This document shows, piece by piece, positions 53,879-64,000 of a stretch of DNA of 64,000 nt. The notes beneath the pieces are model-generated. The model saw only the letters and a program-made list of their open reading frames with translations. It had not been told where the DNA came from and made no database searches. A program made the translations under genes and the position numbers. The DNA comes from Macrostomum lignano (taxonomy: Eukaryota). The stretch lies in contig NIVC01001029.1 in NCBI GenBank assembly GCA_002269645.1, positions 85,847 through 149,846 on the forward strand, given 5' to 3'. Each line of letters starts with the position of its first letter. The first letter of the stretch is position 1.

Positions 53879-54532
53879 AACTAGAAGATTGCTAGATAGG
53901 CTAATATATGCTTGAAGGGTGACAAACAGAAGTAACAGCATGTTGAAGGGTAGTGCACTTATGCTGTCCCTCTGGCTGTACCAAATTACCAAAGTCTTAT
54001 TACCTATATAGCATTGTAAAGCAGCCAATTTATCTTTTATAGGTTTCTTTGTTTGTTAGTATCTATGCTTTTTTGGCCTTTAGAGCATTTTTGTAATTAT
54101 ATTTATAGCTTGCTTTTTTATGCCTAAATAAAAAGTAAAGCTATGGCTTATTTCATTAAATTCATTTGATGGATAAAATTGTATATCTAAAGCTGAGTGG
54201 ATTAATCAATCAGTCAACTGGCCAGGTTTAATGCATATATCTCTTCCTAGATGGCTGCGAATTCAAATGCAGGACTTATATGAATTTTGTGTTATTCTTT
54301 GTAGCCAAAGAATAACACAAAATATATACAAATATACACAAATTGTAAAGAATATATACAATATTCTTTGTAGCCATGGCTAATATTGGCTAATGAAAAT
54401 TTATGATTTAGCTTAGGCTATAATAATATAATCATAAGTGATTTTGTCTAGGCCTATCTTTGGTTTTTATTGTTTTTTTGTTTCATTTTTTATCTATTTA
54501 AACTGTAACCCCCACCAACTTCTTGGTTTGAA

Positions 54533-55225
54533 ATGCCCTTTGCCCCGGCCACGGGCACTGGCGCTGGCTTCCAGCAGCAGCAACTGTCCATAAGCAGCTG
54601 GAAGCTCACCGTCGCCCTATGCTCATTGGCTAACTTCATCAACTCGGCTGATCGAGTCATAATGCCCATCACTATTATTCAGATGGCGGACGCCTATAAG
54701 TGGAGCTTGCACGACCAAGGCGTCATCCTGTCAGCCTTCTCAGTTGGCTACCTGGCGTCCATGCTGGCAGGCGGGTCCGCTGCCCGTCAGTACGGCGGCA
54801 AACTGGTGCTGACTGTGGCCGTTTTTCTCTGGTCTTTGTCAACGTTTTTAGCGCCATTGTGTGCCAATTGGTTCGGCGCCCTGGTGCTCTGCCGGGTGCT
54901 GCTGGGCATCGGCGAGGGCCTCGGCCTGCCGTCAATATTTCATCTGTTTGCCCTGCGCGTGCCCGCCGAGATGCGGTCTACGGCCTTCGGCTACTTGGTG
55001 GCATTCGGCTCCGCTGGGCAGACCATCGCCGCGCTGGCCTGTCCGCATCTGCCCTGGCAGCTGTCGTTTTACAGCTTCGGCTGCGCCGGTCTGCTCTGGT
55101 CGCTGGTCTGGCTGCTGCTGTACAGGGAGGCAGCTGCCGTGCCGCCTCTGCAGCAGCGGTCCTTCCAGCAACTGGCTGAGCAACAGTCGGCTGGCGAGTC
55201 CGGCTTGCACGGTTTTGAATCACAG
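54533..55225 (+). CDS. SLC17-family MFS anion/nucleotide transporter (SLC17A9/PHT4-like), exon 1 of 4
   Basis: DRVIMPITI...W...QGVILSAFSVGY...GG...GGKLVL...RVLLGIGEGLGLP...RSTAFG...GQ...W...FY; donor CAG|GTTTGT; 693 nt, phase 0. Confidence 0.88.
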
Positions 55226-55227
55226 GT

Positions 55228-55545
55228 TTGTTAGTTAATTAGTTAGTTAGTTAGTTAGTTGATTGGTTAGTTAGTTAGTTAGTTAGTTAGTTAGTAGTTA
55301 GTTAGTTAATTAGTAAGCTAGTTAGTTAGTTAGTTAGTTAGTAAGGTAGTTAGTTAGTAAGGTAGTTAGTTAGTTAGATAGTTAGTTAGTAAGGTAGTTA
55401 GTTAGTTAGATAGTTAGTAAGGTAGTTAGTTAGTTAGATAGTTAGTAAGGTAGTTAGTTAGATAGTAAATTAGTTAGTTAGTCAGTTACTTAGCTATTTA
55501 GTTAGTTGGTTAGCTAGCTAGCTAGTTAGTTGGTTAGTTGGTCCT
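55228..55545. repeat. (TTAG)n-type microsatellite in intron 1
   Basis: Direct reading. Confidence 0.95.
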
Positions 55546-55744
55546 GATATGCGTCAATCCTATACGCGTCAATCCTGAGGCTAATTATGCCCTCAAATGC
55601 CTTTGACTGAGCCCAAGAATCGAACCCAAAGTTTTTGCCTACTTTGCTTCACCTCCCCTCCCCCTCGATAAATGAAACCGATATTGGTGTTAAATCTGTA
55701 TGGTAAAGTAAAGAGATGTAAAAAAGTTTCCTGTATCTTTTCAG

Positions 55745-55946
55745 CAGGCATCAAGCGTTCGCTGGACCGAGTTCATCAGCCACTGGCCGCTGTGGGCAAT
55801 CTACATCGCTCACTTCACTATGAACTGGTCTAATTACATCATCATGAACTGGCTGCCCACCTACCTGTCCAAGACGCTGGGTGCAGATAAAAATCAGATT
55901 ATGTTCACCGCTGTGCCGTATATTCTCAACTCTTTTGTTGGCATTG
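55745..55946 (+). CDS. SLC17-family transporter exon 2
   Basis: Acceptor TTTTCAG|; QASSVRWTEFISHWPLWAIYIAHFTMNWSNYIIMNWLPTYL...AVPY; donor G|GTTAGT, phase 1. Confidence 0.88.
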
Positions 55947-56059
55947 GTTAGTGTGTGTGTTAGTTTAATTTTCTTAGTCATAGATGCTTTGAATGCTCCT
56001 CGGATTTAGTAACTACCCTCCTAGATCTTCAATTTTTAAGTCACCACCTGCATCCCAAA

Positions 56060-56790
56060 TCCTCAGTTGCTGAGCCACCCGCCACCCTAGCTCTCAGATC
56101 CTTAGTTACTGGGCTACCTGCCACCCTCCTAGATTCTCAGTTGCTGGGCCACTCGCACCCTCCCAGATCCTCTGTTGCTAGGCCACTCGCACCCTCCCAG
56201 ATCCTCTGTTGCTGGGCCACTCGCACCCTCCCAGATCCTCTGTTGCTGGGCCACTCGCACCCTCTCAGATCCTCTGTTGCTGGGCCACCCGCCACCCTCC
56301 CAGATCCTCTGTTGCTGGGCCAGCCGCTACCCTCCCAGATCCTCTGTTGCTGGGCCACTCGCACCCTCTCAGATCCTCTGTTGCTGGGCCACTCGCACCC
56401 TCCCAGATTCTCAGTTGCTGGGCCACTCGCACCCTCTCAGATCCTCAGTTGCTGGGCCACTCGCACCCTCTCAGATCCTCAGTTGCTGGGCCACTCGCAC
56501 CCTCCCAGATCCTCTGTTGCTGGGCCACTCGCACCCTCTCAGATCCTCTGTTGCTGGGCCACCCGCCACCCTCCCAGATCCTCTGTTGCTGGGCCAGCCG
56601 CTACCCTCCCAGATCCTCTGTTGCTGGGCCACTCGCACCCTCCCAGATTCTCAGTTGCTGGGCCACTCGCACCCTCTCAGATCCTCAGTTGCTGGGCCAC
56701 TCGCACCCTCCCAGATCCTCAGTTGCTGGGCCACTCGCACCCTCCCAGATCCTCAGCTGCTGGGCTACTTGCCACCCTCCCAGATCCTCA
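56060..56790. repeat. 34-bp minisatellite (GGGCCACTCGCACCCTCCCAGATCCTCTGTTGCT)n in intron 2; inverted relative of the array at 128-1292
   Basis: Tandem periodicity; reverse complement AGCAACAGAGGATCTGGGAGGGTGCGAGTGGCCC versus AGCAACTGGAGATCTGGGAGGGTGACAGGTGGCAT. Confidence 0.95.
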
Positions 56791-56860
56791 TTGCCTCTAG
56801 ATCCCAGCTTAGTGGTGCGCACTAAAGCTAGCATTCATATGCCATCGCCAACACTCACAG

Positions 56861-57005
56861 GCGCGGGCTACTTCTCCGATGCGCTGATCCGGGAACGCTG
56901 GACAGCTTTGTCAGTCCGTCGGCTGATGACCTTCGTTGGCCTGGTTGGTCCCGGTGTGCTCATTCTGCTGTTCGCCGGCTCCAGCAGCATCGCTCTGGCT
57001 GTGCT
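56861..57005 (+). CDS. SLC17-family transporter exon 3
   Basis: CTCACAG| acceptor; GAGYFSDALIRERWTALSVRRLMTFVGLVGPG...; donor CT|GTGAGT, phase 2. Confidence 0.88.
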
Positions 57006-57071
57006 GTGAGTGCGAGGGGTCATTTTATATTCAATTTGTCATCTATTTTAATATTTCTGTTTATATATTTC

Positions 57072-57111
57072 TGTCTGTCTGTCTGTCTGTATGTCTGTCT
57101 GTCTGTCTGTA

Positions 57112-57154
<43 letters not shown>

Positions 57155-57155
57155 A

Positions 57156-57190
<35 letters not shown>

Positions 57191-57227
57191 ATGTCTGTCT
57201 GTCTGTATGTCTGTCTGTCTGTCTGTA

Positions 57228-57260
<33 letters not shown>

Positions 57261-57300
57261 GACTGTCTGTCTTAGTGTCTGTCTGTCTGTCAGTCTGTCA
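57072..57300. repeat. (TCTG)n microsatellite in intron 3
   Basis: Direct reading. Confidence 0.97.
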
Positions 57301-57350
57301 GTATTTCGGTGCTCCGTTGCAAAACCGCGAATCCCGTCGCAACTCTTCAG

Positions 57351-57621
57351 CTTCATCTCCCTATCTATGGGCCTGTCCGCCTGCAACTCGTCCGGCCACC
57401 TGGCCAATCACGCCGAGGTGGCGCCTGGCCACGCTGGCATCACTTTCGCCGTGTCCAACGCGCTGGCAACGATACCCGGGGTGCTGTGCGGCCCGCTCAC
57501 AGCTGAGCTGGTCACTAAGAGCGGCGGTCGCTGGTTCCCAGTGTACATTCTGGCCGGACTCATGAATCTGGTTGGCGCTGTTGTCTACGTTAGCCAGAGC
57601 TCCGCTACCCAGCTGCTGTGA
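57351..57621 (+). CDS. SLC17-family transporter exon 4 (spliced CDS 1311 nt, 436 aa)
   Basis: CTCTTCAG| acceptor; [32 protein letters not shown]...W..VY...; TGA at 57619-57621. The phases of all four exons are consistent. Confidence 0.88.
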
Positions 57622-57764
57622 TTGCCGGCGTGGTGTGATGAAACTTTTCTGTCTCTGGCTGCGTAGCAACAGCTTTATTTACCTTTAATATAAGCTTAGC
57701 TTCACTTTTTAATATTGCGTGCGGCATTTCGCTAAGTTTAAAAGGGCTTGTGGCTTCTGTGGTG

Positions 57765-57983
57765 AGATGGGAGAAGAGATGGTGAATAAGAGAGGTTAGA
57801 GAGGGTTGAGAGATGGTGAATGAAAGGGGGTGAGGGATGGGGAATGAGAAAGAGGGTGAGAGATTGTGAATGAGAGGGCTGAGAGATTGTGAATGAAAGA
57901 GGGTGAATGAGAGAGGGTGAGAGATTGTGAATGAGAGAGGGGATGAGAGTGGAGAGATGGTGAATGAGAGAGAGAGAATGAGA
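57765..57983. repeat. GA-rich degenerate simple repeat
   Basis: GAGAG(A/G)TGGTGAATGA-like units. Confidence 0.8.
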
Positions 57984-58346
57984 TTTTTTTATTAGAGGCA
58001 GGGGGGTTGTGTGCACCCTGGCGCACTTTAAGCGACATAGGCACACAACCGGCGAGAGGCATTACTGCCCATTCCGCCGACTCCCCTGAGCAGGCATACA
58101 AGCGCGCGGATACGTACGCAGGCACACACTCACACAGGAGTGTACAGCGGCCCTAACTTTATTTTTATCGTTAGGCATGTACACTTCACTGCGCCTTGGG
58201 GGGTTGGCTCTCAAGGCCGTTAATTTCACGAGCAGAGCCAAGCCGAGATTCCAATTCAGCCCCAAATTAATGTGACTGCACTTGGAATCGAGCCTGGGTC
58301 GCTGGCACACCAGAACAGCTGCGCTACCGCTGGGCTACGGCCCCCC
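57984..58346 (-). mobile_element. tRNA-derived SINE, most complete copy
   Basis: Minus-strand head GGGGCCGTAGCCCAGCGGTAGCGC...CCAGGCTCGATTCC (A and B boxes); body shared with the 10.2 and 62.1 kb copies; ends ...CTCTAATAAAAAAA. Confidence 0.72.
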
Positions 58347-58426
58347 GAAAGAATGAGATATGTTGAGATGTTTAAATACATATGTATAGTAATAGCCCAA
58401 GGAAATAGATTTATTACACAGGGGTA

Positions 58427-58440
58427 GTTACCATGACAAC
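58427..58440. promoter_or_regulatory. Possible RFX X-box GTTACCATGACAAC
   Basis: Fits GTHNYY-AT-RRNAAC; target gene not established. Confidence 0.3.
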
Positions 58441-58907
58441 AGGAATTAAGCCACTAAGTAATGGCCTATTGATCATCCGCACTGCCCCCCCCCCCCCCCA
58501 CCTCTAGATAGCTCGATTGCCTGCAAAGCCCGTAATTGCAGTTTTAATTGGCCCTAATTCGCCTCATACCTGGTAGGATACCTGGGCCGCTCGCTCCGCA
58601 CATTTTAATTGCTGTGATGCACCTGCTGTTGCCTGAATAATGTTGCTTTGATGTCAGTTCCCGTTTATTTGCATGTACATTAATTTTCTGTTAGTGTGTG
58701 CCTGCTGCGCTGCACACTGCAAATATCATTGCGTTTTATTATCGTTTTATTAAGGTAGCTTATCGGATAGACTTGATTCATTTTCACTTGCGTTCGGCTT
58801 CTAATAGGGTTTAATAGAGCGACCCTTTTTTGAAAATCTCTTGATCACAAATTTTTAATTTTTAACTGAGCCATGAACAAATTCTATAAGTTCATATTAT
58901 TGATAAA

Positions 58908-59340
58908 TGGCACTCTGCTATTCAAAAATGGCACTCTGCTATTCAAAAATGGCACTGTGCTATTCAAAAATGGCACTCTGCTATTCAAAAATGGAACTCT
59001 GCTATTCAAAAATGGCACTCTGCTATTCAAAAATGGCACTGTGCTATTCAAAAATGGCACTCTGCTATTCAAAAATGGAACTCTGCTATTCAAAAATGGC
59101 ACTCTGCTATTCAAAAATGGCACTGTGCTATTCAAAAATGGCACTCTGCTATTCAAAAATGGCACTCTGCTATTCAAAAATGGCACTGTGCTATTCAAAA
59201 ATGGCACTGTGCTATTCAAAAATGGCACTCTGCTATTCAAAAATGGCACTGTGCTATTCAAAAAAGGCACTCTGCTATTCAAAAATGGCACTCTGCTATT
59301 AAAAAATGGCACTCAGCTATTTAAAAAAAGCTCTGCTATT
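58908..59340. repeat. 21-bp minisatellite (TTCAAAAATGGCACTCTGCTA)n
   Basis: Tandem periodicity; explains the FKNGTLL-repeat ORF. Confidence 0.97.
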
Positions 59341-59850
59341 CATACGAAGTAAATGGCACTCTGCTATTAATAAATGGCACTCTTGCTACCCATAAGCGAC
59401 ATATACTATTAATAATAGAAATGGCAGATTTAGACAAAGCTTTGTTTTCATCAAAAAAAGTAATTAAACAATATTGCTTTGAGCTCCTCGTCAATGCTCA
59501 TATAATAGATAGTAAGCACTTTTAAACTTCGGACGCGAGGCGTTGTATACAAAAAAGTAAATGCACATATTTTATGATTATTCGTATGCTTTTCCTAGAA
59601 ACTACCTGCAGTTAATTATTATTCAATTATTTTATTTTGTACTGTCTATGCTAATTTAACACTGGCTGATAAATGCTGCTGTTTTAAATTACATGTAATT
59701 ACAATGGACTTCAATTATTGTTCCTATGAACCATTTTTCGACTAAAGTTGCTGCACTGTATAATTTCACACCCCGATTTAGTTAGGGCTCACCTTTCAAT
59801 CGGCGTTTCAATCTGTAGTATTCCTAATAGTTGATGAGGCTTTTGTCTAG

Positions 59851-60828
59851 GTCATTGCGATTATGGTCATTCACGATGGTCATTGCGATAATGGTCATTC
59901 ACAATGGTCATTGCGATAATGGTCATTCACAATGGTCATTGCGATAGTGGTCATTCACAATGCAGATCGGGTCATTGCGATAATGGTCATTCACAATAGA
60001 CTGGGTCATTGCGATAATAGTCATTCAAAATAGACTGGTTCATTGCGATAATGGTCATTCACAATAGAATGGGTCATTGCGATAATGGTCATTCACAATA
60101 GACTGGGTCATTGCGATAATAGTCATTCACAATAGACTGGGTCATTGCGATAATGGTCATTCACAATAGATTGGGTCATTGCGATAATGGCCATTCACAA
60201 TAGATTGGGTCATTGCGATAATGGTCATTCACAATAGACTGGGTCATTGCGATAATGGTCATTCACAATAGACTGGGTCATTGCGATAATAGTCATTCAC
60301 AATAGACTGGGTCATTGCGATAATGGTCATTCACAATAGACTGGGTCATTGCGATAGTAGTCATTCACAATAGACTGGGTCATTGCGATAATGGTCATTC
60401 ACAATAGACTGGGTCATTGCGATAATAGTCATTCAAAATAGACTGGGTCATTGCGATAATGGTCATTCACAATAGACTGGGTCATTGCGATAATGGTCAT
60501 TCACAATGCAGAACAGGTCATTGCGATAATGGTCATTCCCAATGCAGAGCAGGTCATTGCGATAATGGTCATTCCCAATGCAGAACAGGTCAATTGCGAT
60601 AATTGTCATTCAACAATAGACTGGGTCATTGCGATAATGGTCATTCCCAATGCAGAGCAGGTCATTGCGATAATGGTCATTCCCAATGCAGAACAGGTCA
60701 TTGCGATAATGGTCATTCCCAATGCAGAACAGGTCAATTGCGATAATTGTCATTCAACAATAGACTGGGTCATTGCGATAATGGTCATTCACAATAGACT
60801 GGGTCATTGCGATATTGGTCATTCACTG
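59851..60828. repeat. 28/34-bp minisatellite (GGTCATTGCGATAATGGTCATTCACAAT[AGACTG])n
   Basis: Tandem periodicity; unit built from two GGTCATT subrepeats. Confidence 0.95.
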
Positions 60829-60918
60829 CAGAGGCAGGGTCATATATTGCAAATAAAGCCTAGGATATATCAAGGATTACCTGGGTTAATACTTATACAA
60901 TTTATTCTTTAGTAGCAG

Positions 60919-61958
60919 ATTCAGCACATTTGCTGCCAATTTGCAGCAGTCCGCCACGCGGAGACCTCGGCGCCAGCGCCAGCAGCAGCAGCAATACAGC
61001 GGCGGAGGCGGCCGGGATTTGCACTTTTGCACCGCCTGTCGGCACGTCTTCTTTCGCCGCGTCGACTTCCTTCTGCACCGTCGTCCGGCTCCGACTGTCG
61101 CAGTGTCGACGATGCAGACGACTTGGACGATGCCGAAGGTGCTCAGTGCGAATACTGCCTGGCCAGCTTCATCACCCAGACTGAGCTGTTGAGCCATCGC
61201 TTCGCCGAGCACGAGTCAAGCCACGTCTGGTGTCCGACCTGCGAGCTGCTTTTCAGCTCCAGGCTGATGTTCAGCCGCCACGTCGACTGCCATCGGGCTG
61301 TCGCAGCCGCCGCCGGGTCCGACGTCGCGCCCGGCCTCGACGAGTTGATCGCCGACTCGCACGAAGGTCACCGCCATTTTGCGCAGCGCCTGACCGTGTG
61401 CCGCTACTGCGAGTTCACCTGCCAGCAGGGCGCCGAACTCGCCGACCACGTCGAAACTGAGCATGTCGACGACTCCACCTACTGGCTGGCGCCGTTGACT
61501 CAGCCCGACTGTCTGGACGCCTGGCTGCGATTCCTCGACTGCCGGGCCGGCTGCGGCGCCAGCGCGGCCGCCTGCGGCATCTGCGGCGACTGGATCCGAC
61601 TGGGCGCCTCTGGCGACCCCGAGCCGCTGTTCCTCCATCTGCTGCGCTCGCACCACCCGGCCGAGCTGGCCGGCCGCGCCTTCCGCTGCGTCGCCTGCCC
61701 GGCCGCCAGCCACACGGCCGCCGCCGCCGCGTCGCATTTCTGGCTGTGCCACTGCCAGCGGCACCGAACCCGCTGCCCCCGCTGCTGCCGCATGGTGGCC
61801 CAGGGCGGCCGGCACAGCTGCCAGCATCGGTTGGCTGGCGACCGGCGGCTCTGTCTGGGCTGCGGTCGCGAGTTCGCGTCGCTTAGCGCCCTACGTCAGC
61901 ACCGCCTGCGTCCCGGCGATCCTGCCGTGGCCGCGGCTTGTCGAGCGGCCGCCTCGAG
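60919..61958 (+). CDS. Multi-C2H2 zinc-finger protein, internal exon (upstream exon not located; frameshift near 61080)
   Basis: Fingers CEYC...H...H, CPTC...H...H, CRYC...H...H, CLGC...H and others; acceptor GTAGCAG| at 60918; donor AG|GTGCGT at 61958/61959, phase 2. Confidence 0.78.
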
Positions 61959-62053
61959 GTGCGTAGCGTTGTGTGCAAGACAAAACAGCTAAGCCGGTCT
62001 TCCGCGTCCTTTTTGGATTCGCATGGAAGTCCCAATTGATCCCTTTTAATCCC

Positions 62054-62310
62054 ACAACCAGCGCTGAGGCTATTCTGCCCATTCCGGAGACTCCTGAGCA
62101 CATGCAAGCGCGCCAATACTGTACGCAGGCACTGAACTCATACACTCGCTCACACAGGGTGTACAGCGGTCCTGACTGTCTAATCTTGAGGCATGTACAC
62201 TCTGTGCCTTGGTGGGGGGGTTGGCCCTCATGGTTGTAAATCGCACGACAGCCTCAAATAAATTTGTTTGCTCGCGGAATCGAACCAGGGCTTGCGATGC
62301 CAATAAGCTT
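62054..62310 (-). mobile_element. tRNA-derived SINE copy inside the zinc-finger gene intron
   Basis: Body aligns to 58044-58290; minus-strand B box GGTTCGATTCC at ~62277-62287. Confidence 0.7.
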
Positions 62311-62345
62311 TTAGCATGTTTTTCACCCCCTCTCCAATGTCGCAG

Positions 62346-62796
62346 GCCACGCCGAGTCAGAGCCTGCGAGCACTGCGGCCGGCGCTTCCTACACCGGGCC
62401 AACCTGTTGCGGCACCGGCGGATCCACGCAGCCAGCCGGCTCTACCGCTGCCCGCACTGCGCCTCGGCCTTCTCGGACGTCAGCAACCTAGCTAAACACG
62501 CCCGCTGCCGGCATCCGGGTAGGCCGCTGCTCACCTGCCGCCTGTGCCGCCAGTTCGCCTGCGACCGCGTGCCGGAGATGCGCGCCCATCTGGCCCACTG
62601 CCACTCCGACAGCGTCTGTCCGGCCGACCTGCGCCGCGTTCTTCGATTCCTCGGCCTCGTTGCCGACGATGCCGCCGGCCGCAGCGCTGCCGACGCGTCA
62701 GCCGACGTTCCCGAGGGCGGCCGGGTGGCGCCGGTTCGCGAGCGCCGCTCCCGGATGTCGGCGAAACTCGCTGCCGCGACAATCAGCTTTTACTAG
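62346..62796 (+). CDS. C2H2 zinc-finger protein, downstream exon (may continue by frameshifts to ~63090)
   Basis: Acceptor GTCGCAG| gives in-phase RPRRVRACEHCGRRFLHRANLLRHRRIH...CPHCASAFSDVSNLAKHARCRH...CRLC...H...H. Confidence 0.78.
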
Positions 62797-63257
62797 CTGC
62801 TCAACCGACGGCATCGACAAAGACGACGGCCGCTATTGAAGCCGCCGTGGAGCGAAAGCGGCGAATTGCAACGGCCTACAGCATTGTGCAGATGGGCTGC
62901 GCCTGACTGTGGTGGCCACTGAGCCGGCTGCGCGCCAGCAGCTGCTTCTGCCACGGCAGCGGCGATGCCGACAGCATCTGGCGATGTCGACGGAGGTCGC
63001 CACGGCGAAGACGACACCAACGGCCAGTCGGACTTTGAAGGCAATCAGCGACAGACAACGAACTGGTTGACGCTGGAGGATTTAGATTGAATTGTATTGA
63101 TTTTGTGCGTAACATTTACTGATGGAATTTGGTAAACTACGTAATTTTTGCATTTTTAACTGTCGCATTTTATAACTGACTGACTGGTTGAGCTTCGCTT
63201 CATAAAATATAAATGCTTCGTTTTTATGTTGTGCTGTGTTGTTACTTTAATATGATT

Positions 63258-64000
63258 CAGGGAGGCCAGTTCCAGCGGGGAATCAGAGCGGGGAGGCCAG
63301 TTCCAGCGGGGAATCAGAGCAGGGAGGCCAGTTCCAGCGAGGAATCAGAGCGGGGAGGCCAGTTCCAGTGGGGAATCAGAGCGGGGAGGCCAGTTCCGGT
63401 GGGGAATCAGAGCGGGGAGGCCAGTTCCAGTGGGGAATCAGAGCGGGAGGCCAGTTCCAGCGGGGAATCAGATCGGAGAGGCCAGTTCCAATGGGGAATC
63501 AGATCGGGGAGGCCAGTTCCAGTTGGGAATCAGAGCGGGGAGGCCAGTTCCAGCGGGGAATCAGAGCGGGGAGGCCAGTTCCGGTGGGGAATCAGAGCGG
63601 GGAGGCCAGTTCCAGTTAGGAATCAGAGCGGGGAGGCCAGTTCCAGCGGGGAATCAGAGCGGGGAGGCCAGTTCCAGTGGGGAATCAGAGCGGGGAGGCC
63701 AGTTCCAGCGGGGAATCAGAGCGGGGAGGCCAGTTCCAGCGGGGAATCAGAGCGGGGAGGCCAGTTCCGGTGGGGAATCAGAGCGGGGAGGCCAGTTCCA
63801 GCGGGGAATCAGAGCGGGGAGGCCAGTTCCGGTGTGGGAATCAGAGGCGGGGAGGCAGTTCCAGTGGAGAATCAGAGCGGGGGCCAGTTCCAGTGAGAAT
63901 CAGAGCGGGGAGGCCAGTTCAGTGGAGAATCAGAGCGGGAGGCCAGTTCCATCGGGAATCAGAGCGGGGAGGCCAGTTCCAGCGGGGAGGCCAGTTCCAG
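63258..64000. repeat. 31-bp G-rich minisatellite (GAATCAGAGCGGGGAGGCCAGTTCCAGCGGG)n, runs off the window
   Basis: Anchor AATCAGAG at 63281 and 63312 (31-bp period). Confidence 0.97.

Noticed and set aside
58873-59352. 159-aa FKNGTLL-repeat ORF with an ATG start
   Set aside because: A 21-bp minisatellite that is open in several frames on both strands; no evidence of coding.
63213-63896. 227-aa G/R/S-rich ORF
   Set aside because: Translation of the 31-bp minisatellite cycling through frames.

Overview
Repeat-dense metazoan (eukaryotic) DNA with two N gaps. GC-rich, intron-poor genes, minisatellite-filled introns, TTAGGG-type repeats and AG acceptors just before start codons suggest a free-living flatworm such as Macrostomum (inference). 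Five host genes are supported by protein motifs: a TCF19-like FHA+PHD gene (-), a CCSAP-like ciliary/centriolar gene (+, 2 exons, RFX X-box over its ATG), an SLC35C1-like GDP-fucose transporter (-, 2 exons), an intact 4-exon SLC17-family transporter (+) and a multi-C2H2 zinc-finger gene (+, 5' exon not located). Three of these carry frameshifts that look like assembly indels. Mobile DNA includes two 5'-truncated LOA/Lian-like LINEs (RT-RNase H, (TAAG)n tails, visible TSDs), a tRNA-derived SINE family (3 copies), a hAT-like MITE with an 8-bp TSD and Gypsy gag/integrase relics. The most striking structure is a ~12 kb head-to-tail array (27.0-39.3 kb) of Helitron-like units alternating long and short. 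Each unit holds (TAACCC)4 and ends in a hairpin followed by CTCG. More than ten mini/microsatellite arrays account for most of the long ORFs in the supplied track. No database searches or folding computations were run; family assignments rest on motif recognition.
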